From Phaeosaccion multiseriatum (Eukaryota > Protista > Ochrophyta, other classes), in the NCBI GenBank assembly GCA_965112735.1, contig OZ218963.1, forward strand, positions 930,001 through 994,000: 64,000 nucleotides of DNA. The letters run 5' to 3'. The translations under genes were made by a program, and so were the position numbers. A model generated the notes under the pieces. That model ran no database searches. It saw nothing but the letters and a program-made list of their open reading frames with translations, and was not told where the DNA came from. Below, one piece after another: positions 25,140 through 33,858 of this stretch (positions within the stretch are counted from its first letter, which is position 1; each line of letters opens with the position of its first letter).

Positions 25140-28010
25140 TTATCTTTCCCCTCAACCCACAGATCATGCTGGCAGGTATGGGTGTGCTCAACACCCTCCC
25201 CATGCTTGCCACCATCATGGTAGAGAAGGGCGTGCGGTCTGCACTGAGTCAGGTGGGACACGTATTCATCAGCGGAGGACCGCTGTACTTCATGTTCCAC
25301 ATCCAGACCCGGGCACACTACTTCTACCAGACGCTGCTGGCGGGCGGCGCTCAGTACCGAGCCACGGGTCGAGGCTTCGTGACGCACCACAGCTCCTTCG
25401 ATGACTTGTACCGCTTCTTTGCCAACTCGCACTTCTACCTTGGCTTCGAGCTCATGGTGGCGCTTATTCTCATGGGCATCTACAGCCACGCACACCAGTA
25501 CATAGGCCGCACGTGGTCGCTGTGGCTGGCGGCCGTGAGCTTCGTCTTTGCGCCCTTCTGGTTCAACCCGCTGAGCTTTGAGTGGGGCAAGGTCACAGAA
25601 GACTACCACAAGTGGCTGCGGTGGATCAACGGCAACGGGGGCAGCGCAAGCAACTCGTGGGAGGTGAGGGAGGCGTCTGCCATCCACCCTTCGACCACCA
25701 CCACCCACTATCCACCTATCTACCTGTCAACCACCACCACCCACTAGCTGGATGTGTTCGCACTTCTGACGGCCCCTATGTTTGTGTGTTGTCTATTGTA
25801 TTGTGTGTGTGTTGTGTTTGTTAAGGTGTGGTGGCACGAAGAGAACATGTACCTCTCCAAGTTCGGCCTCGGCCAGAAGTTGCAGTGCCTCGTAAAGCCC
25901 CTGATGCACATGATCATCGGCTTGGGCATCGGCGCTCCCAAGTTCTTCAAGCTCAAGCACAGCGCCCTCAAGGCCATCTCGAAGCTCGGTGTGCTTGTCT
26001 TCGCCCTCATCCTTGTGAGTGCTGTGGTCCTGTGCAGCTCCTGACCGTCTCTTGGTCCGCTCTTTTCGCTCATTGGTGTTGTGTTTCTCCATTGTCTCCC
26101 TTGTCACTCCCTCTCCCTCCCTCTCCCTCCCTCTCCCTCCCTCTCACTCCCTCTCACTCCCTCTCACTCCCTCTCACTCCCTCTCCCTCGCGCCCTTTCT
26201 CTGTGCGTTACCTCTGTGTCCTCCCTTCCGCCAGACGTGGTGGATCGTGGACAGGTTCGAGCGCCACGTGGCCCCGTGGGTACGGCGCAGCTTCAAGCTC
26301 ATCGCCACCACCACCGTCGTGTTCCTTTCCGTCATGCTCATTTGCGTGCATCCGAGGTACGATGGGGCTGATGTTACAAGCACAAGCACAAAGGATCAAG
26401 AAGAAGAGAGACCGCCGTTTCCTCAGCTCAGCCGTGCGCTCCTCCCCCTCCTCCTCCCCCTGACTCCCCTCGACTCTTGGCTTGTTCTCTGTTAACTGTG
26501 AACTGTTATACTGTTGACTGCAGCTACGTCAAGCTCGTGATGGGTGTATACTACGTGACGGCCGCGCTCTGTTCTGTGAGCGTGCTGCTGGGATTCCGCT
26601 TCGTCCGGCACCTGTACATGGTGAGAGGGGGGCGCACTGCACTTCCATTGGGCACCTCCCTCCATTACTTTTATGCACGCACGCCCTTCCTTGACTTACT
26701 ACAGAGGAGGTGGCCTCTATCAATTGCACATGAAGTTTGTGGGCCGGTGGCGAGTTTTACCAAGCCCTGAACGAGCCGGGCACACATGAGTCCCATTCCT
26801 TCCAGTCTCGTTCCTGGCCTTACCATGTCCTCCGTCCGCCGACCTAATATATATATATATATATATATCTGACGCGCTGTGTCTGCCGCTCTCCCCCCCC
26901 TTTCCCTCACCAGGTGCATGACATTATCCTCGGACACCTCATGTTCCTGGCGCTGTTCTTCATTGCAGCTCTGCAGGTAAAGTAAAGGGTAAAGGGTGTA
27001 CGTGCCCCTACACACACCGCACGGATCATCATCGTTAGGGGAGCCTCCCTCCCGCACACACAGCGTATCCGTATCGTATCCTTGTCTCAATTGTCTTCGT
27101 CTGCTGCTCTCCTTCGTCTGCGACTCTCTCCTTAGGTGCCGAGCTCAGTGCAGACGTGGCTGCTGTTCCACAACGCCCTAAGCCAGGGAGTCGTTGTGGA
27201 GGACATCCTCAAGTACGCCCGTACCTCACAGGTGTGTGTACATTTCATATCATATCGTATGTGGGTGGCTGTGTGGCTTTGCTGTGGTGGTAACTCTTCC
27301 TGTCCTCCAATCAACCCCTTCCCAACCCCTTCCGCGGCGAGTGAACTTGTTGACTGACGGAACTGCCCTGCCCTGCCCTCCTCTTGCACCCACTTTCACT
27401 CACCTCCCCTTTTCGCCGTCGCTTCGCAGGAATCGACAAAGGGCGCCAACAACGACGGTGGCGAGGACATTGATAGCTTGAAAGTGAGGTTGCGCCAAAC
27501 GGAGATGCTGCTGCAGACGCTCATGAATGGAGGCTTGCACAGTTTCCCAGCAGGCGATGGCGTCGAAGGGGAGGTGGGGGGGAGCAGCAGCGTTGGCAAC
27601 CCCCTGGGGGCGCAGGAGTATCTTGTGCCGCTCGGGGGAGAGGGACAAGGGTCTAGGGGGGGAGGGGAGGACGACAACACGCAGTCCGGGGCACCCATGA
27701 TGCAGGTAGGCTAACGGTGGCGGGTGGCGGGTGCTGGTTGTTTGTATTGTTGTCATTGTCCTTGTTATTGTACTACAGGGCTTGTTGGCCTTTGTCCTCG
27801 TGCTCCTCCACACGATCGCCTTGTCCTCGTCCTCGTCCTCTGTCTCACCCCTCTTCACCGCCCCTTGTCCTCCCTCTGCAGGCAAGCCACAGTACGCTGA
27901 ACCTTTCCGCCATGGCTACAGGCGGCAGCTTGAACACGCCCACTGCGGGCGAGCAGAGCGGGCAACCGTGGGCCTTCAGTGCACCGACGAACTTCCCACC
28001 ACGGGGATAG
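11258..28010 (+). CDS. 1,3-beta-glucan (callose/chrysolaminarin) synthase, GT48, with N-terminal TMEM198/TM7S3(DUF4203)-like multi-TM module; >40 exons
   Basis: FGFQ|[47 protein letters not shown]|[49 protein letters not shown]|[57 protein letters not shown]; upstream exons from 11258 splice in frame into it. Confidence 0.93.
13812..14018. repeat. Intronic 37-bp minisatellite (~5.5 copies)
   Basis: Unit GCTCTTGCTTCCTCTTGGTGGTAGTGAGGGTAGTGAG recurring at 13813, 13850, 13887, 13924, 13961, 13998. Confidence 0.93.
16983..17193. repeat. Intronic compound microsatellite (GCCT)n/(GCCCATAT)
   Basis: Direct reading. Confidence 0.9.
17875..18089. repeat. Intronic (TTGACTGC)n octamer array with higher-order unit
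   Basis: Runs of TTGACTGC punctuated three to four times by TTCCCTTCC(A/T)TTGC. Confidence 0.92.
20387..20448. repeat. Intronic (GAA)n microsatellite
   Basis: About 16 GAA units; source of the spurious polyK/polyE ORFs. Confidence 0.93.
21028..21180. repeat. Intronic 22-26-bp minisatellite (GTGGGTGGGTG[ATGG]GTGTCAGGACA)
   Basis: About 6 copies immediately after the splice donor. Confidence 0.9.
22577..23715. repeat. ~1.1-kb almost pure C/T intronic tract
   Basis: Only a handful of A/G in ~1.1 kb; internal ~240-bp duplication. Confidence 0.95.
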
Positions 28011-28130
28011 ATTAGTGCACCGACTAACTTGCCACCACGGGGATAGATTAGTGCACCGACTAACTTGCCACCACGGGGATAGATTAGTGCACCGACGAAC
28101 TTGCCACCACGGGGAGGGGATACATTAGTG
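27978..28130. repeat. 36-bp tandem repeat spanning the glucan synthase stop codon
   Basis: AGTGCACCGAC(G/T)AACTT(C/G)CCACCACGGGGATAGATT at 27978, 28014, 28050, and degenerate at 28086. Confidence 0.92.
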
Positions 28131-28999
28131 CGCAGTGCACAGGAGAGAGACGGCAGGGAGGGGAGGGGAGGGGAGGGGAGGGGAGGGACAGCACCTGTGT
28201 GTGGGAAAGACCAGGCCTCACTCGTGGGCAGTGGGGGGGATGGTTGCGGACGGTCAGTCGGACGGACGGACGGGCGGGAGCGGAGGGGAGGGGAGGGGAG
28301 GGGAGGAGAGGGGAGGGTATAGGAGAAGAGAAGAGAGGGGAGGGGGGAGGCGCCTCAGTAATAATGAGCTTTTACCGCGCCACGCATATTAGGGAGTCGT
28401 CCCAAGAAGTACAGGGGGGATTGTCCCAGAGAAGATATATATTGTATTGCAATTATTAGAAAAAATAATACTGAAGTAGTAGTAATTAACAACAGTTTAG
28501 CCCTTTCATAAGCTCCTCTTGTCGAGCCTTCTCGCCTTGCGACAGTGTATCCTTGTCAGCCGAGAGCAGCCGTTACATTTCACCCTCCTCCTACACGTAA
28601 CGGCAAAGGTCCCTCTTTCACAGGGAGGAGGAGAGTAGAGGCCTTGTGTGAGTGAGGCTTGTACAGGGACGCGAGACACAGCTGCTGCTGTATCACCAAC
28701 AGCTCCTGCTGCTTCTTCCCCCCCCTTGGCCATGGTCTTGCTGGTAGGGGTACGTACCCCTGCTGGGAGCTGCTGGGAGGGGAAATGCTGATGGGGAGCT
28801 GCCGCCTGGCTCTCTGGGACTTCCGATGCTCTGGTCTGGTTGCGTTTGAGGCTTGCGTAAAGTTGCCCGGACCCCGCAACTGCTGCTGTATCACCAACAG
28901 CTGAAGCACATGCCCCTGCTGCTGCTCCTGCCCCGCTGCAGCTGCTGCTCCTGCCCCTGCTGCATCAAGTGCTGAAGGATCTGTCCCTGCTATGCCATC

Positions 29000-30163
29000 A
29001 TTCGCTACATGAGCTGACCGTTTTGCTGCTGCCCCCTATTGATGTAGGATGGTTCGCATCTGACCATGTTGTCGCGGTCATCGCTGTCAACATTGCCTTC
29101 TTGGAGTAGCAGCACGAGCACGACGCCCACGAGGCAGAACACGTACAACTGGAGTTTGCCGGTTGGTGTTCTTCTTGCGGGGGATGGGGCGCCGCTACCA
29201 CCACCACCACCACCACCACCACCACCACCACCACCACCACCACCACCACCATCATCATCATCATCCTCATGATCATGATCATGATCATCACCATCATCAT
29301 CGTCATCGTCTCCATCGCCCTCATCGCCTCCGCCCGCGGGAACTCTGCAACCCTGTGTTGCACACCATGTTTTGTCAGCGTCCTGGCTGCTGCTGCTCTT
29401 CGTCGGCCAGCAGGTCGCCCTCAGGTGTCGTGGCCAAGCTGGCGATCTTATCCCTGTCAGCCTGGGTCAAGCTATCACCGAAATAGCCTTGCATAAGTCC
29501 AACCGCTTGCCCCACAGAGTAGTGCTTGTCATCCCTCCTCATGTTCTCCGTAATCCTTTCGAACAATCTTCTCAAACGGTTCATGAAGGCCATTGACTGC
29601 TCGGCGGTGACCCCGGACAGTAAGGCAATCGCTTCAGAGTTCACTCTAGCAAGCTTCACTGTAGAGAGCGTCGCGACGAAGCACATGCCGTTCTGCAGCT
29701 TTGTGACGATCCCATCGCTGCGCATCGTGCATGCGTAGACAAAGTAGTCAACACGCACGCACCACCGCACTGTGTAGCAACAACAACAACACAGTCATGC
29801 CTACCTTAGTCTTCTCACCGATTGTGGCATTGCCCCACGCACGGAGTCGACCGCACCGAGGATCAAGCCCTTGAGTGACTTGAGCAAGTTTCAGTTTCCA
29901 CCGAAGAGGTCTTCAATCATGTCGTTCAGCTTGTCAGACGGCCCAGTTGACACATCAACGGTATTTTCCGACTGCATCTTGATGATCGTGTCGACTGGTA
30001 TTGTCCTGTCGGCCGTGTTCGGAGTGATGAGCTTCGCCTTGAACTGTTCCTCCTTGGCATCCAACATGACGGACATCTGTGCGAGATCAGCTTTCATCTC
30101 CTTTTCCGCTGCCAGCTGCGCGTCTTGAAGCTCCTTTGCCTTCGCGGATACCGTTTGTCCCAT
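29000..30163 (-). pseudogene. Intronless pseudogene of an MGQTVS-starting (myristoylation-type) protein with acidic/Gly linker and C-terminal TM segment
   Basis: MGQTVSAKAKELQ...IEDLFGGN*NLLKSLKGLILGAVDSV/GNATIGEKTK...SAVV/RVDYFVYACTMRSDGIV... is continuous only after removing an in-frame TGA and at least three frameshifts. Confidence 0.68.
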
Positions 30164-31277
30164 TGTTTTCTGCGTAGATCTGTCGGTGTTTGGTCTACTC
30201 TCCCTGTGCCCTTTCACCACATTTTCGTCTTCGTACCAGCTCAAACGGAAGCTCCAGCATGTCTTTCGCGTCCTGCACGGACATATCACCACTGGCATAT
30301 CCAAAATCCTTCGTTGACCTTTCATCCGTGTGCAGCCCTCTCTTTCTCGTGGTGCCGTTCTGTTGAAGAGTTATCATCTGAACCTGCTTCTTCTCCACTA
30401 CATCGTACATCTGCTCCCTTGCGTGCTTAAGAGCTGAGTTGAAGTTAAGAACGTCTTAGACTTGTATGCCTTGTCGAAGAGGCACAGCCGGGTTATCTCG
30501 CATGATGTGTCTCGTGTACACTACTCTCCCTCACCCTCACTCCACCCTCGACGCCTGCTTCGCCCGCTACATCTCTCCCCCTTCCCTCCTTTGAGTGAGT
30601 GAGATTTGAACCCTCCGCCGCATGCGCACACGCACACCCTTCATCGCTCGGCGAGTTGACCCACTCCCTAACACACAGTCACTCACTCACTCACTCACTC
30701 ACCAGGTGAGTCGTGAAACGACCCTGAGGTCGCTAGTGTAAAGTGCTGTTGCGCCTCCGTTCTCGACCTTCCATCCTCGCCTACCTCGCCTGCCCCTTTT
30801 CCCCATTTCCGCGGTCTTTTCCGGTTTCGCGGCCCCCCATACATGAGCATGAGGCTCCCTCGGCGTGGGCCGTATTTTCCTTGGGTCTGGTTCTACTCTC
30901 GCAGACTGTCGTACTCCTGCGCACCGCCTCGTGATATTGGCGCTTCGGTCCAACGCCGCGCTCCTCCAAGGTATCGGGTCCGGCTGATGTCTCCATTCGA
31001 GAGGGGAAAAGATGGGGATGAAGTCGATGCCATCGGCGTCGAAACTGATCTCCTGGGCGCCATCATCTCCCACAGGTGATATTGCTGCTTTGCTTAAGCC
31101 GTCCCTCACTCCTCTGGCTGCGAACCCCCCGGGACTTCCTTTGCCCTTCTTCGTCGAGGTCCTGGCGGATCCGAGACAGGCCGATGACTAATTCTGTGAG
31201 TATTGAAACGGCAGATTACAACGTGTTCAGCAGTCGGGGTAAGAAGCAGGATCAAACAAGTTTACCTTTAAAAAACC

Positions 31278-32002
31278 ATGTCGCTCCTTGAGAGAGGGCT
31301 TGCGGCCCTTTGCGTTCTCTCTGTTGCCAGGCTTTCGGGCGCGCAGAGCAACACGATCTACTGGGACACTGGAACTGGGGAGCAAAGGCAGCTGGAGCTG
31401 TATCCTGGTGACGATGTGTCAGCGAAGATAGCGACTTTTTGCCACGACGCGCAGGTGGGAAGCGATGCGGAGGAATGCGTTGTGGAGGTGACAAAGGGCT
31501 ACCGTGCACACGTTAGCATGAGTCAGCAGACGGAAGCGATGCACGAGGTGGGGGGAAGCTCGCCCATGGATGTAGATTTGGCACTGGCGATGGAGGCATG
31601 GACGGTGGAGGTTGAGGTGAGAGAAGGAGAGAGATGGTGGTATGAGGGACGAGAGTATCCTAAGCGCTCGCCTCGGAGGAGAAGGAGAGAGATGGTGGTA
31701 TGAGGGACCAGAGTATCCTAAGCGCTCGCCTCGGAGGAGAATCTCATCATCGCGTTATCGTGAATACTCGTTTTCCACGCACCCACAGGGCATGGAGACC
31801 ACGGCCAAGCTCTTGCGGAGTGGATTAGCCGTGGGTCGCGCCAAACTGCTTAGGTATGACCGGCCAGAGCGAGCACACCACGTACTTTACCTCTCTGAGT
31901 TTTTCATATGCTCCTTCCCTCCCTCGCTCCAATGTACACGTTGCTGGAAGTGAAGCTTGCAGCTCGAGATCGATCGTTTGAAGGAGGAGAACCTGCTGCT
32001 AA

Positions 32003-32049
<47 letters not shown>
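31278..32049 (+). CDS. Small secreted protein with C-terminal coiled coil and polyQ (3 exons)
   Basis: Signal peptide MSLLERGLAALCVLSVARLSGA; LYPGDD..AKIATFC...C motif; introns ~31617-31788 and ~31854-31955; ends LEIDRLKEENLLLR(Q)n*. Confidence 0.6.
31621..31740. repeat. Intronic ~59-bp tandem duplication
   Basis: GAAGGAGAGAGATGGTGGTATGAGGGAC.AGAGTATCCTAAGCGCTCGCCTCGGAGGA occurs twice. Confidence 0.9.
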
Positions 32050-32096
32050 CGACAGCGAGATGAGGCAAACGGAAGTACTCGCGAAGATTCCCGCTA

Positions 32097-33723
32097 CTAT
32101 TTGTTCGATAGGATGGAAGGTCTACTCTCTCCCGGCATTCTCGCTCGCAGTTCGATTGTTCTCTCCACGTGGTCCAGTGCCATGCGCATCTTTTCAGCGA
32201 GCTTTGTAAGCTTATCCCCGGCGAGTCTGTCCAGTCTCCGGCCTCGCATGAACTGGTTGTCCTCTCGGACCTCCTTCAGCTCGGCGAAGATCCGCTTCCT
32301 GCCTCGCTCCTCCCTGACGAGTGCAATGCTCTGGCGGTAATGGCTGCGACAAGACAGCAGCCAGCCGACGGATGCGGTAAGGAACCGTGCGATGATGGCG
32401 AGAGACCACAGCTGGGCGACGAGCCGAGGTGGGGGCGGAGCGGAGCACCAGGGGGAGGGGGCGGGATTAAAATGTGTACGCGGGATGAGCTTCATTCAGA
32501 GGCCTTTGCGACGGCGGCGAGCGGCAGGTGGAAAGGGCCTACCTACGACCTACCTGCATCTTCGTCCCCAGCCCGGGATCTTCTTCCAGGGCATCAGCGT
32601 ACCATTTCTTGCCTGCATCGGCCCAACCTGCATCAAGGAGAAGAAGGTGGGCTTGCTGAGGCACGAACGAGGGAGGGCACCACCCATGTCACTCACACAC
32701 TCACCATTCTTGTTGGCAATCGCGCTGTCGGCGATGCTGCACGCCTGGGTGGCGATGACATTACACGTGTATATGAGTACCGTGATGCGCAGCTCGTTCT
32801 TGGTGGTGCGTGAATGGCGACGCCATCGGTCCTTGTCCATCTTGGCCTGCAGCAGGTTTGGGGGGTGTGTGGGGGTGGGGGGTTGATTTCGCAACAAAAG
32901 GAATTGAGGAGGAGCTGGGGGAGGCATGACAAGCAACCGTCACACAAACCTGCCAGTACCTGCCAGTAGCTGTCCAGCGCGCCCACGAGGCTGCAGGTGC
33001 CAAACACAAAGGCAAGCTTGCTGAGGAAAGGCGCCTCCACCACGTAGTCAGAATTTGCCACCGACTCGGCTGATTCATTCGTAAGCGCCTGAGCAATGAA
33101 GCAAAACAGGGAGAAACTCTCAATACGAAGCAGATGTAGAGTGTGTTGTTGTTCGTTCCACCACCCGAAAAGGAAGAAAAAATGTGCCTCTGTTCACTTT
33201 GTTTACTACGTACCACCATCAACGTGTAGGCTGCCGCTGCGAAGGCCATCCAATTTGTAATGACATAGAAGGTCATGAGGACTTTCTCCAGTCTGAGCAG
33301 CACCAGCTCCCCCTTTGTAATCCCAAGCTCTGTGGCCAGAGAGTCGTCGCTCTTGGCTTCTTGGGCGTTCGCCCCCCCACGAACCCCACCGCCAGCCTTT
33401 CCGCCCTTCGGCTGGTCCCCTTCAGCTCGGAAGAACTGCCCAGTGGTCGTGCTCTCCACGTACACCAGGTTGGCGTTCGCACGTCCCCCATTTCGGTGGC
33501 GCCCGTCGCTGCCGTGATGGCTCTGTCGCTCGCGCTCAGCCTCGCGATGAGCACCCGCAAACGCTGAGGTGAGTTCGGTGGGCTGGAGGTTGGACAGCCC
33601 AGTCCCATCGCTGAATTTCACATCGAGATAGTGGCACACCTGGTCTGCACGCTGCATGGGGTAGACATCCGACACATCGTCGCTGTCCACCACGAGCTGA
33701 TAGCTGGAGGCCACATTCGCCAT
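32097..33723 (-). CDS. Uncharacterised ~4-TM membrane protein with Cys-rich loop and C-terminal coiled coil
   Basis: ATG at 33723 (MANVASSY...); hydrophobic helices VLMTFYVITNWMAFAAAAYTLM, LAFVFGTCSLVGAL, ITVLIYTCNVIAT, LWSLAIIARFLTASVGWLL joined by GT-AG introns. Confidence 0.62.
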
Positions 33724-33858
33724 CTTTTTACAACGAGCACGGGGGGGGGCATGGTGTAACCGAAAAAACCTCGCCATCCCCCCTCGGGGGATCTTGGAGC
33801 TTGTTTTCACCCATAAAGCGATTGGAGTGCCTTGGGTACAGAGTGGGGCAGAGAGGAG

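Noticed and set aside
27978-28130. 36-bp repeats as a CRISPR array (also the 37-bp repeats at 13812-14018)
   Set aside because: Head-to-tail with no unique spacers, eukaryotic context, no cas genes.
29891-29893. In-frame TGA as selenocysteine or programmed readthrough
   Set aside because: Explained by a 6-bp GAAACT duplication and accompanied by frameshifts.
30699-31250. Short ORFs between the pseudogene and the secreted-protein gene
   Set aside because: No recognisable domain or coherent gene structure.
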